A stretch of DNA of 64,000 bases from Octopus vulgaris (lineage: Eukaryota): assembly GCA_951406725.2 (NCBI GenBank), contig OX597818.1:24056001-24120000 (forward strand). The letters run 5' to 3'. This document shows positions 13,226 to 25,700 of the stretch, one piece after another. A model generated the notes under the pieces. The model had not been told where the DNA came from, did no database searches, and saw nothing but the letters and a program-made list of their open reading frames with translations. The translations under genes were made by a program, and so were the position numbers. The first letter of the stretch is position 1; each line of letters starts with the position of its first letter.

Positions 13226-15014
13226 CTCTCTGGTGGTACGGTTCTGTATTTTTCATGGTTAGTTTGGTAGGATATGGAGAACCCCACTCATAGTTTTAGC
13301 TATTTTTAGTACATTTTATTACTTTATATGTGTTCTTAAGTAATAATATTGCCAAAAAACATATTCTGTTATAATGTATTTATTTAACATGTAAACAAAA
13401 ACAAATGAGTATTCTTTGAAAATGAAGGTCAAACAAAATAAAACTTTTTTGGTGGGGAGAGTGCTCCTTTCATATCTACTGTTTACTCATTGTTTCCACT
13501 ATCATCCTTATCTCTCTGCGCAATGCAGTCAATGCAAATATGCATAGCATGTTCCAAGCAGATGGGCTTATAGCACTTCTGGCGGCAATTATTTGTCTTA
13601 CAATCTTTTGACCTGGGGCACAATGAGCATCTTTGTATGGAATCTCCACTATGATGTTTTGGACGTAATTCCTTAGATGCTGAGAAATGTTGAATCTTCC
13701 TTTTTCAAGTCTTTCCTTAAATATGGGTTTGTTTTGCAATGATGGATATGTTCCTCCACCAACTTGAGTCCCAATTCCCTCAGAAACTTTCGGTGCTTGA
13801 TAGCTGTTTGAGAGTTTGCCATAAACATATTGTTTGCATTTATTCCTGCAACATTGAATATGGTGTAGAAAACTAACTGGCCAACGTCAAGTATTTCTGG
13901 AAACATTGTAGATGGAACACAACTGATCCACAGTGTCTACCCCTCCTTTAGTAAGTACTGTTGTAGAAGGTAATAATCTCTGATTTTCTTTTTTCTTTTG
14001 TACTTTCATCAATTGCAGCATCATGATGCATTGTACTCAGTAGGACAACATTTTTACCTTTCTTGGGAACATATGCGGTCAGTGTAACATCCTTCTGGAA
14101 ACCAAACAAGCTTGTGTATTCAGCTCTGCCTCTTGTGGCAACAAATTGAGGAGCAAGTTCTATCTTGTTCTTTCTCAGAGTGCCAACTAATGTTAATCTA
14201 TAATACTTCAAGAGATCATCTGCAAGTCTGTAACTTGTAAACCAATTATCCATCGTAATATTTCTTCCAGACCCATTTATATGAGACACCAACCATTTTA
14301 CCACTGCTGTTCCTGAATTATCTACTACAGAAGGGCCTTCTTGTTGTTTCCCCATGTAGACCTCCATACATGACACATAGAAAGTTTTAGCATCTGCCAA
14401 AATAAATATTTTTATGCCATATTTTGCTGGTTTACTTGGCATGTAGATCCTGAATGGATAGTTCCTTCTAAAGGCAGCAAACATTTCATCTACTGTTGCA
14501 TACTCTGAGAGTTTATAATTGGAGATACGATTATCAACAAATTTCTCAAAGAACTTTATAAAAGGTGTAAACTTATCCTTTTGTCCTATTTGTCTTTCAT
14601 AGTCCATTGTGAATCTGAAAGGAAAGATTTCTCACTTTTCTGGCATTCAGAAATCTAATAACAAAAAAATATGTTGGTCAGTTGACAATAATATATAATT
14701 TTATGCAAGAAATAATCAGCCTTTCAGATATAAAAACAAATAAGTAAGATAAACAAAAGAAAAGGAGACAAAAATGTACCTGTCAATAAACAGTACAGTG
14801 ACTAGTATGGTGGGGTATGTACAACCCCAGATACAAATAACACATGTGTAACTTCTCATCACTCAGCAAGTAACTGAGTGGAGTTATGCATTAACTCAGC
14901 AGAGTGTGCCAAGAAATTACTTGGATGGATAGCACTATCACTGCTGCCAGACGTAAGATACACAAATACAAACATCACCTTGGGTAAGAGATATTCCACT
15001 GCACCACCAGAGGG
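13226..15014 (-). mobile_element. piggyBac transposon, internally deleted
   Basis: TTAA at 13222-13225 and 15015-15018; TIRs CTCTCTGGTGGTAC / GCACCACCAGAGGG; transposase inside. Confidence 0.92.
13476..14607 (-). pseudogene. piggyBac (PGBD4-like) DDD transposase, N-terminally deleted and frameshifted
   Basis: ATVDEM, YMPSKPAKYGIK, ITMDNWF, YNST/KGGVD (broken by a 4-bp TACT duplication) and C-terminal Cys-rich domain KCYKPICLEH..IC.DC. Confidence 0.9.
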
Positions 15015-16725
15015 TTAAGAAGGATCATCTCTAAAACTGTAGCAGATACTGGATTATTCTACTGAAATATCAATAGTTCTGTAGCAGAATATGAGATCTG
15101 TTTAAAAAGAAACCAATCATTACAATTTAATCAGAGATGTCTCTTTCAAATAGTTCCCTCCACTACTAATATACTGCACCCAATGTTTTTTTCTTTTATT
15201 CAGATTTGGAACCCATCCTGGAAAGTATTTTCTTGGGCAGTGAACAGTTCTTACAGTAAATTTTCTTCAATCTTTTCTATCGTCTGAGATCAGCAACTTT
15301 TCAGAGTGGATTTCAGCTTTAGATACAAAACAAAAAAGTCTGTAGAGGCCTAGTTCGGGGAGTAAAACCACTCTGCATGTGTGTGTGTGTGTATGCACAC
15401 ATGTGCATGCATACAAGAGTCACTTCCTATTTTGCAGAAAAATTACTGATATGGAACAGATTCGAGATCCTTTTCCTCTATGGAGGCTATTTTACCCTTA
15501 GTGCATCTGTCATTTCTTCAGTTCTTCGCTTCAACATCACTCCATCATCTCTTAGCACCTTCATTACACTCACCTTTCCTTCCTTTGTTTCTTTATTTCC
15601 TATCTCAATGGGACCATTTCAGTCGGATCGTTTCACTCAGACTGAACCTTTGTGCAAGTAGTGGGCAAAGAGGTGAGAAATCTTCCTACTGAGCATAATA
15701 ATTTCTATATTTCTGTCTGTTATATCAGCTTTGGATATTCATAGGTAAAAATCCACGATGTCACACTGAGCAAATCTAGCCCTGCCTTTACCACTGATAC
15801 CATAGAACCACATAATGACTTCACTGGTGGCGCACCACAGGGCGACTCGAGAAGCTTTCCTAATGCTTTTATTAATATTCATAAGTGTATACTAGCTAAC
15901 TATACCAATTATGGTTTTTGCATGGGTTATGAGCCTACATTTAGGGTCAGAGGTGAAGTTAGCTTTGTGGTCCTTAATAAGGACAAAAATGCCTCAGCAA
16001 AGAAGAAATAGGTACTTAAATGTTTCTTTACACCTAGCATGTTCCTCCATGCTAAATCAGAGCCTTTACACCTTGTTTCAAAGAACAGAAGTACACTCTC
16101 AAATACTCATCCAAACTGTCATAAAGGAATCCACCAATAACACTTTTCTTTTCATCATTATTCCATTAATTTTTCACACTTCATTTTCTCCATTTCTTTT
16201 TCTCCCTTCTCTTAATTTCTCAACTCCCTTTTTTTCAATCTATTTTTCTTCTTCTGCCACTTACTTTTTGTGTCTTTCTACACCTCTACTTCTCCCCTTA
16301 TTTTTTCTCTTGCTAACGACATAACTCTTCAAACCTCAAATCTGAGTTACATGTCCCTGCACTATTAACATATAATTATTTTACCCTTAAAAAAATGTCA
16401 ATTGATTTTTTTTTTCATTCACTTTCTCAAAAGGCTTTGCACCAAAAACCCACTACAGTCATCTTTGCTGCGTTCATCCTTAGATCCTGCATGTGCATAT
16501 CTAATGAGCATAAGCCTATCATTTTTGCATGTGAAATTTTTTAACAAGGCTAAAATACGCAATGTTTCATTCCATAACTACTATCTCCGAAGAGCACAAA
16601 TTTACATAATCAGGCTGTTATCTAACACTCCATTGAAACCCAAGTGTGAAACTGATTGGTAAGATCGGCTGTAATGAACAATATAATACTGTACACTTTG
16701 ATATATATATATATATATATATATA

Positions 16726-16900
16726 TGTAACAAATGAAAGACAGAAGATGGAATATACGAGAATTTATTATTAATCATGACAATTGTTTCAACACATCTA
16801 GCATCGATTCCTCTTGGGAGGGACACTCAATAACTGGTTCAGGAGCATCCGGTGGGCAGGTGTATTTTGTCGGGTGATAAATAAATAAATACAACTTGTT
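16726..16900 (-). mobile_element. Penelope-like pLTR remnant with degenerate hammerhead core
   Basis: Minus strand reads cctCCCAAGAGG...ttGAAAC-AATT-GTC then aataaa; same architecture as 28566-28605 and 63546-63680. Confidence 0.4.
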
Positions 16901-17077
16901 AAAATGACTGTTCCGCAATGTAACTTTCCGTTTTGTAGAGAGAAAAACAGCCAGACAGAGGAAATATCTCCATTTATATAGAAGATCAAAAATAAAATCG
17001 CAGATTACAAAAAGAGAAACGAACATGCAATCCGAGAAAAGTATTGAAAATAGGATGTTGGAATGGCTAGGTACGAT

Positions 17078-18855
17078 GGCAGAATTCTGGTTTAAGCACC
17101 ACATATAACTTTTTTATTTTTGGGAATTTTCAGAAAACTTTTGTGAATTGGTGTTCTACACACGGAAATTCATACGATTATGCAAAATTTTTAATTAATT
17201 TTTTGTAATCCCCACCCTCAATAAATCCTAAAATAACCCCTCTTTTTCAAAATTTGTACTAAAATAAATTTCGAAAACGAGTGGAAATCAGGGTTCAAAG
17301 TACAAATCTGCCATTTGTTTCTGTTTATAATTTCAAAATAACTTTTGAGATCGAAATTCAAAAAGTTTAAAATATTTTCACATAAGTACGGTCTGGGATA
17401 TTCCTTCGTTTTGACTCGATTTTTGTTAACATGCTTCTCGGTAATTTCTGTGAACACGTGTTGTCTTAACTGTCAGTTGACGAAAAGGGAAAAGAAAGCT
17501 AATGGGTTGTACGTTCGTGCGTGCTTGTTCCTCTGTGTAAGCACGCACATACACAAAGAACAAGCACATCATATAACCGGTCATAACTTTTGGACTTTTT
17601 GTTATTTCCGGGAAGGTTTGCAAATTTGGGTTCAACGCTCTGGACCTCACACGATTATGTAAGGGAAAAAATTAAAATTTTTTCGTCCTCCACAAATCTT
17701 TACGGATGTTCAAATTAGACTTAACCCGTATCGATCACACAGGTATTGGAGATCCTGAAGTCATTGCTAGAATTTATCCACAGTGATTTTTTAAAAAAAA
17801 GGTATACAAAAGATAATAGTTAATGTTTACAACTTGACCCGGAAACGAAAATCAGTATATTTTTCTCCTAGTAAATGTTTTTTTTCTTATAAACCGAGTG
17901 AAGATTTAAATTACAAAAAAAATGTTTATGCTTAAGTCCCAGCAATGGACCACCCTTGAACGCATCATCATGCCGTTATATGTATTTATGAGGAGAAAAT
18001 ATTGAAAAACATTAATACATGTCAGAATGACAAAGAAACGAGGGAAGTGGCAGGTGGTCGTAGGATGTGCTAAAAGCAACAGCGAAATTTCTTTAAGTCA
18101 CACACCTTTTCGTCTGAAAATTACTTTGAAATTAGAAACAGAAACAAACGGTAGATTTGGACTATCTGTATTTTAAAACTATGATAGTAAAAAAAATTCG
18201 AGAAAGAGTGGAAATTTTAGGATTTATAGTAGGAGGGGATTAAAAGGTTAAAAAAAATTTAATCTATAATCGTATCAATTTCCACATGTAGAACACAAAT
18301 TGGCGATGTCTCGGTTGTCGTAGCACATGTTTCCGTCGATTTCCGTAAAATATGTAAACACTGAATCGGCCATACATACATACATAATACATACATGCAT
18401 GCATGCATGCACACACACACACACACACACATAGATACATACACACACACACATACATGCATACATACATATACACATACACCGAGTAACAATTTTCAGT
18501 TATCTCTCTCTTTCACACATTACTCTCTCTGTCTCTTCGCACACACTAACAGAAGCACTTCACTTACACAACATACTGTCTGTCTCGCACACCCCATCAA
18601 ACACACACACGGGGACTTCAAAGAGAAACTTCCTCGTCATAAAATCGCTTCCTCTTAGTCTCTTTCGCTCTCATTACTTATGTAAAAAAATAAAAGTTTT
18701 TTACGGAAATCGACGGAAACGTGTGCTACGACAACCGAAACATCGCCCAAGGCGATGTCTCGGTTGCACAAATTCGCAAAAATTTTCTGGAAATTCCAAA
18801 AAAAAAAAAAAAAGTCATGAGGGGTTATATGGGGTGCTTAAACCAGAATTCCGTC
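17078..18855. mobile_element. Non-autonomous TIR DNA transposon, superfamily unassigned
   Basis: Termini GGCAGAATTCTGGTTTAAGCACC / GGTGCTTAAACCAGAATTCCGTC, inverted similarity >100 bp, flanked by ACGAT direct repeat (17073-17077, 18856-18860). Confidence 0.8.
18302..18766. mobile_element. Merlin-like MITE nested in the right TIR of the preceding element
   Basis: ~49-bp TIRs starting GGCGATGTCTCGGTTGTCGTAGCAC; 8-bp target duplication CACAAATT (18294-18301, 18767-18774); microsatellite interior. Confidence 0.75.
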
Positions 18856-19059
18856 ACGATAACATAGAGCTCACAGTCAATTAAGCAACATGAAATATAT
18901 CAAGTATTATGAGAATACCGTAAAATATAGATCCAACTGTACAAACTTTTTGTTAACAGTCTCACTATCATTGATACAATGAATCAACGGCGCTATTGTT
19001 CACAAAATGCTAAATAAACCTATACTCTTTAGAAGTAAAGGTACTGCTCTATAAAGCAA

Positions 19060-19148
19060 ACCAAGGGACGTAACTGAAATTAAAATCGGCGCCGGTGATT
19101 CGCACAATCTCCTGCTTGTCTGGAAATCTTTAACTTTTCAGCGTAAGT
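19060..19148 (+). promoter_or_regulatory. Candidate non-coding first exon/promoter of ANAPC13
   Basis: CpG-retaining unique sequence ending in donor CAGC|gtaagt at 19142/19143; acceptor ttttttcag| at 23050 lies 13 nt upstream of the ANAPC13 ATG. Confidence 0.45.
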
Positions 19149-19871
19149 CACACACAAATCTTAGTTTTGATATTGAAATCGTCGTTTCTTCTACTTGTAT
19201 TTTTTTTCTTTTTACAGCTTCTTTTTCACAAGCATTGTTATGCAAACAATTTCTGTGCTATTTAATTCGATTGTCTGTTCGAGCTATAAACCGTTGGATT
19301 GCAGTTGATCTATTCAAATTTGAATGTGTATCCGAACTCATAAACTTATTTTTATAATCAGAATTTCAGTTTTATTCTCGTCCTTTAAAAGGACTCTCAA
19401 CTATTAGAAAAATCACTGCAAGTAATCAGTTGGGATTTTATGTAAATTAGAAAGTCTTAAGGAAGAATGTATGGCGTGAAAACAACCACTATAAGAGTTG
19501 TGTTAAAACTCAGTCTTAAAGCTAGGTACTCTGGCATACCTACACAATTGTGCTCCACCCGACTTAGTTTTCTAAACAGATATATACGTGATGTGTCTCA
19601 GTATGTATGCGTGACCACCAGTTTTGTTTCTTCTCAATTTCCTCAAAAATGGCTATCAATGCAGTTCTGAATTTTGATTTCGCTCGACTCATTGCTTTAT
19701 CCCATAAATTAAAGAATCTGATGTTTATTTGGAATTAAAGTTGAGAAAATTTTGGTAATTTTAGCCAATCAACAGACAAAGAAGCATTAACAGCTTGTTA
19801 CCATGACAATTGCACGTTGCATTGATTCTTCAATCAGACCTGAATGAACCGTTCTGTATTTTTATTGAAGA

Positions 19872-21051
19872 CTAGCAGTATAGCCCGGCGTTGACCGGGA
19901 TTAAGTTAGGATTATTAGCTAATCAAGCGCTTTCTTTCAAACCAAACTAAGTAACACCGACGTCAAATTTGAGCGAAATCCATTGAAATTGGTAAACGTT
20001 TGGCTGAAAAGAGTTGCAGACAATTTGATTGGGAAATCCCATAAGGAATCGGTTTATCGATTTTTTTTTTTTTTTTTGGTAGAACTTAGAGCATTCAAAA
20101 ATCCCATAAGTCCTAAGTAACGCCGGCATCAAGTTTGAACGAAATACGTCAAAATTGGTATAAGTTATGGTTGAAAATGGGGGTGTAGCCAATTTTAGTG
20201 GGAAATTCTATAAGGAATCGGTTTATCAATTTTTCATCCTGATTGAATGGAAAACCCCACAAGGAATCAGTTTATTGATTTTTTTTACCCAAATAGGACT
20301 TAACCGAACACAACATTGCTGATTCAAAAAATCTATATTTATACTTTAAAGTTGGTTTTCACACCCAACCCAGTTCTGCAGAACCAGTGTCGCGAGGGGA
20401 AAGCATGGGTTGGAAATTTGACTGGCAGAGGTGATCAGGTTGCAAATGCCGGCCCTTTCAAAGCCTTGAATCATCTAACCCCCCTTGGCCCATGGGTTGG
20501 GAAACTTTCCGGCAAGGGAAATAGAATTCACAAAAGGGCTCCCAATCCTCTGTGTCAGAAGAGGTTATGTTTGGATCACAACTAAACCTTAACCTAACCC
20601 AAAGCTAACTTAGCAAAAGGGGGTTCAGGAGCCTCTAAAAGGCAGCGACTAATCCCAATGTAGTCCTAACCCCTCCTAGGGGTACTGTCGGTCAAGGCTG
20701 CATCAAAGATATGCATTGGAGAAGGTTTGCATGCTATTATATATATATATACACACACACACACAATATAAATGTCATATTCTCTACTATATATATAAAT
20801 ATATATAAAATAAAGAACCATGTAATTCACACCCTGTAAAAATTATTTCTGTAAAATGTTGGGTGTGGGTAAAATTTCTGAGGCTTCTACCTCATCCCAC
20901 CCTGTTTTTCAAACCCCCAAAAAGGTTTTGCAGCATATTAGGTCACAGGAATTCATTCAACATGAAAAAAATATAAATTCCCCCTTGCCCCACCCCTTTT
21001 TTTCTGAATGAAAATAAGGGATTTGCATATCCTGCCTTTTATAGATATAGA
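19872..21051 (-). mobile_element. Non-autonomous Helitron
   Basis: Minus strand starts A|TCTATATCTATAAAA and ends with CCCGG...CCGGG hairpin then CTAG|T. Confidence 0.65.
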
Positions 21052-21332
21052 TAAATAATTGATTTAAAATAAATATATTTTAATTGTTGTGTGAGAAAGT
21101 ATATATAATCTGATTATAAAATATAGTGTCTTTCAAAAACATCCTAAATTTGAAGACTATATCTCATGTTTAAGAAAAAAAAAACATTTTACATTTTTAT
21201 TTTTGATGAATGCTTTCACTCTCCCCTGCACACACACTCTTTATATTTTTTTTTGTTAGACGCTGTCAAACACTCTCTCCCTCACACACACACACATACA
21301 TCAACACACAACTTATCTCTCTCCCTCACACA

Positions 21333-21701
21333 CTCTTTTACTTGTTTCAGTCATTTGACTGTGGCCATGCTGGAGCACCACCTTTAGTCGAGCAAATCAA
21401 CCCCAGGACTTATTCTTTGTAAGCCTAGTACTTATTCTATCAGTCTCTTTTGTCAAACTGCTAAGTTACGGGGATGTAAACACACCAGCATCGGTTGTCA
21501 AGCAATGTTGGGAGGACAAACACAGACACGCACACACACACACACACACTTACATACGACGGGCTTCTTTCAGTTTCCGTCTACCAAATCCACTCACAAG
21601 GCTATAGTGGAAGACACTTGCCCAAGGTGCCACGCAGTGGACTGAACCTGGAACCATGTGGTTCGTAAGCAAGCTACTTACCACACATCCACTCCTGCGC
21701 C
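21333..21701 (-). mobile_element. Near full-length tRNA-derived SINE (octopus OK/OR-type family)
   Basis: Minus strand begins GGCGCAGGAGTGG...; internal (TG)n; 3' end gactgaaacaagtaaaagag; same family recurs many times in the window. Confidence 0.85.
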
Positions 21702-23063
21702 TATGTGTTGAGACAATGAAGAGACAAAAGAAACAGTAAGATGATACACGACTTTATTAGGTAACAGGTCATTTCATAGACGCTAAACTATAAATTTCAC
21801 AGGGTACAAGCTTAAAGTCGACACCACTACAACACAGAAAATTTCTGTCTTGCTATTGGCAAAAAATACACAATTTTTTTGATTTTTAAATGTCTGTACC
21901 TTTTTGTCAAATTTTTTCTCACAAGATCATAGCTTCACAGGAATAAGAGTGGAAAACTGCTTCAATATAACCGATTTTCAGATTTTTTTACTTCGTTTTT
22001 AAAAATGCTGAATTTGTGAATGAATTTAACTAGATCCAATCCAATTTTCTGAAAGTTATGAGAAAATCTACTCATGTAAATTTTTTTGAAACACTTCTAC
22101 TCACTTTTGGAGAAATATTTTCACAGCAAATTCCAATGTAATCATTATCTACATCATGTGAAGTGTAATTGTAGAAAATTTCATTAAAAAGATCTCCATT
22201 TTACTGGAAATAATGAGGAAACAAAATTGGCAGGGGGTACACTTGCGTAGGTGTGCTTCAGTAAGTAAGTGTATGTAGTCCTAACCCCTCCTAGGAGTAC
22301 TATCAGTCAAGGCTGCATCGAAGATATGCATTGGAGAAGGTTTGCATGCTATTATATATATATTATATACACACACACACAATATAAATGTCACATTCTC
22401 TACTAATTCACACCCTGTAAAATTTCGGTCAAATTCCCAAAGCATGCTTTCCCTCGTGACACTGGTTCTGTAGAACTGGGTTGAGTGTGAAAACCAACCA
22501 GTGTGTGTGCAGGAGAGAGTGAAAGCATTCATCAAAAATAAAAATGTTTTTTTTTTTTTCTTAAACACGAGATATAGTCTTCAAATTTAGGATGTTTTTG
22601 AAAGACACTATATTTTTTATACATTGAATTATAGTATAAGCATAATTCATGCCATCTGAAAGGTATCTGTAGAAAATTCTATTAAAGAATATACATTTTT
22701 CTGGAAGTTATGAGGAATTAAAGTCAGTGGGGAGCACATCTGTGTTAGTAAGCCCATTTTAAAATAAGAAGATTATGATCCTGAACAAACCTTTTTTCAA
22801 AATTTATAATTAAAGAAAATAAACAGCTCTTCTCCCCCCCCCCCCAGGCTTTGTGAATGATATTTAAAAATTTTTGTTTTCAAAAATATTAAAATCATTT
22901 AATTTTCATTCTTTCAAAAAGGATTTCAGATTTGGAAATTACTAGCGAGGGAAAATTGAATATATTGTTAAAGTTCTAGAGACTTGTATACCAATTTTTA
23001 ATACTTAATTGAAAAAACATTAAATATAACTTTCCTTAATTTTTTTTCAGTGGGCTATTACAT

Positions 23064-23291
23064 ATGGATAGTCAAATTACCATTGAGGGTCGTATGATTG
23101 ACCTTATTGATGAGAAATGGCGAGAAGATAAACTGCCAATGGAGGATGTGGCTGTACCCCAGATGGAACTCCCTGAATTGGAACCTGACAATGGCCCCAC
23201 TATTGAAACTCTACATGAACAAGAGCAGAAATGGTCTGACTTGAGTTTACATACATTTAATCCTTTACCAATGAGTGGGGGAGACAAATAA
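23064..23291 (+). CDS. ANAPC13: Anaphase-promoting complex subunit 13
   Basis: 75-aa ORF MDSQITIEGRMIDLIDEKWREDKLPMEDVAVP..ELPE.E.DNG..ETLHEQEQKWSDL matches the Apc13 family over its full length; acceptor at 23050. Confidence 0.95.
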   Translation: MDSQITIEGRMIDLIDEKWREDKLPMEDVAVPQMELPELEPDNGPTIETLHEQEQKWSDLSLHTFNPLPMSGGDK

Positions 23292-23437
23292 TCTGTGAAA
23301 TTACGTAGTTCACTTGTATATATTTAAAAAATTTTTGACTTGGTTTGAATTTCTTTTCAAATTTTTCTTTAACCTTTTTGAGAACATTCATACAACATTG
23401 TATTCACCAGGTCTGTCATCAATTAAAAAAAAATGTG

Positions 23438-23443
23438 AATAAA
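23438..23443 (+). terminator. Candidate polyadenylation signal of ANAPC13
   Basis: AATAAA ~150 nt after the stop codon with T-rich downstream sequence. Confidence 0.45.
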
Positions 23444-25489
23444 TTTTTGAATAACTTTAATTGGCAGTAGCTTGTATTTATTCTGATATTGAATTAGTCT
23501 GATGTAGCTGGCACGTTGCACGCAATAGAATGTTGTAATTTATTTGACTTTCTAGTTATGTCCCTTGCATCTATGATAGACTAGTTCTACAGGTTCACAA
23601 CTGAGTTCCATAAAAGATTTTTGGGCAGTCCATGCAGCGAAATAGTAAATTGGGCATCCACAATAGTATTTTAAGGACCCCTGAAAATATTTCGCTTTAG
23701 ATGTATGTATTGCAAGAAAAAGCTAGCTTTCTTTCTCTAACATTTTAGATAGTTCAACTTATACAAGTTAGTGTGAATAACAAGAGAAATTTTGAAAGAT
23801 GTTTCTTTAAAACTAGTTTTTAAACATTGAATGGCTATAGGGGTTCACCTGAATATAATAGTAATCAAAGGAGTCCATAGATAATTAAAAAAAAATGAGA
23901 ACCTCTATTCAAGAGTTTGGGACTTGTGATCCAATACTGAAACTCAGAGTAAAAGATAAGGAAATTTGGATGATGGGCAAGCAGCCAGTATAACTTGAAG
24001 AGAAGCCTTTGGTTTGACTCTTGCATGAGAAGTTGAAATCTCTGACCAAATTAGTATGATGCACTGTGTACCAAGGCTAGTCTTTTGAATTACAAATAAC
24101 TTCTGCCTAACCAATTTCACTCACAAAGCTTTAGAGCAACTTGAGGTTTTGGAAAAGACACTTGCTCTAAATGCTGCACTATAGAAAAAAAACCTGGATG
24201 TCATGATTGTAAAGCAAACTTCTTAATCACTCGTGTATGCTTATCTTACTGTTTCAGTCACATTTTTAATGAGTACTAAGCTGACATATATATATAAATT
24301 AAAACTTAATGTCTCTATCTATATCAAACACCCGCCCTTCTGTTGTGTATCACTTTCAGTAAGTGCAACTAACTTCCATTTAAGTGTTGCACCATGATTT
24401 TTTTGGTTGCACCTGGTGCTACTTCAAAATGAATAAAAAAGAGCAGAGTCAGTTAATTTACCTTTTGCTTTCCTAAAAGTGGTGAGCTCATTTTCACCAT
24501 TGGTATTGGCTAATTCTTATTCTCTTTGATAATGGGTATGTCAGCAAATTCTAGAAATACCTTCATATTTTGTTCCAGTGGATAGATATTTCTTTATCAA
24601 CAATATCACCAAGGAATATCAGTGTTGTAATACCAAATTCACATAGGGATTGCTAACTATAATTTACATGATCAGACCATCAAGGGGTAATTGAAAAATG
24701 TATTGTGTTTATTCCCAGTTAGGTTTGTGATGAGTAAATAAGCTAGGGCTAGATGAAAGTTAACTCTTGCATAATGTGTTAACTTCTCAAATGTTTATGC
24801 AACATTACAGAAACCAAAAAGCATCTGTTTTGTGAATGTCTTTTAGCTATACTGGGATCTTATAATATACTGCAACAAGATCTATCTTAGAGAAGACTTG
24901 TATACCAATAAAGAAGAATAAAATTCTTGTAAGTGTGGCATCATGTAATTATTTGATATAGTGCTAGTATTGAGTGAACAATTGTCACTCGGTCTCTTTG
25001 AAATCACATGTAAAGGAGCAACCAGTTGCTACTGGAGGGGCAAATTATGCCTAGTACAAACATAATTGAAACCCCAATTTAACAATATTTGGATAATCCA
25101 GATCAAAGCATCTAGCTGTAGCTGATACTGTTCTTCATGTCTGAATAAGGAATCTTAACTACATGCACTATGATGATGTTGCTGTCCACTGGACATGCAA
25201 TGCCTGGGTATTCAAATAGAGAGATATGGTACCTAAAGCTGCTTTCAGTAACGCAGTGTTGAGTGAGAACATATTTGTCATGACTCAACATATAGTATGA
25301 CTGGTCATAAAGTAGATAAGTGGATGGTGTTTAATATCCACCATTACACTGAACTGTTGATGAAACTTGGTCCTAATGATGGGAGGAGGTAAATCTACAA
25401 TGATGTAAATCCATCTGAACACATATTGTCTAAATCTAATGTGACCTCCCACTGTGTAGTAATGGAAGAAGAGTGGTTAATGGTTATTG

Positions 25490-25700
25490 TTGCGAGCTAG
25501 CAGAGTTTGTTAACATGCTGAATGAAATACTTAGTAATTTGCCGATCGCTATGTTCTGAGTTCAAATTCCGCTGAGGTTGACTTTACCTCTAATATTTTC
25601 AAGGTTGATAAATTAAGTATCAGTGAACCACTAGGGTTGATGTAATCAACTAGTTACCTTCCCACAAATTTCAGACCTTGTGCCTTTAGTAGAAAGGATT
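25490..25700 (+). mobile_element. SINE of a second family (related copies ~55520-55715 and ~10720-10850)
   Basis: Box B-like gagttcaaattcc followed by shared body ggttgataaa.t.agta.cag. Confidence 0.6.

Noticed and set aside
14615-14635. GT-AG pair suggesting a micro-intron in the piggyBac leader
   Set aside because: Only 21 nt, too short for a spliceosomal intron in a metazoan.
18259-18658. ORFs rich in CV/HT/YI repeats (also 312-545, 36209-36837, 63672-63973)
   Set aside because: Translations of (TG)n/(TA)n microsatellites, not genes.
19797-19810. Good X-box match GTTACCATGACAAT in the ANAPC13 intron
   Set aside because: Appears to lie within a dispersed repeat remnant; single site with no further support.
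21706-21834. Possible solo LTR (TGTTG...CAACA with minus-strand AATAAA)
   Set aside because: Short, no target-site duplication and no partner LTR; not supportable.
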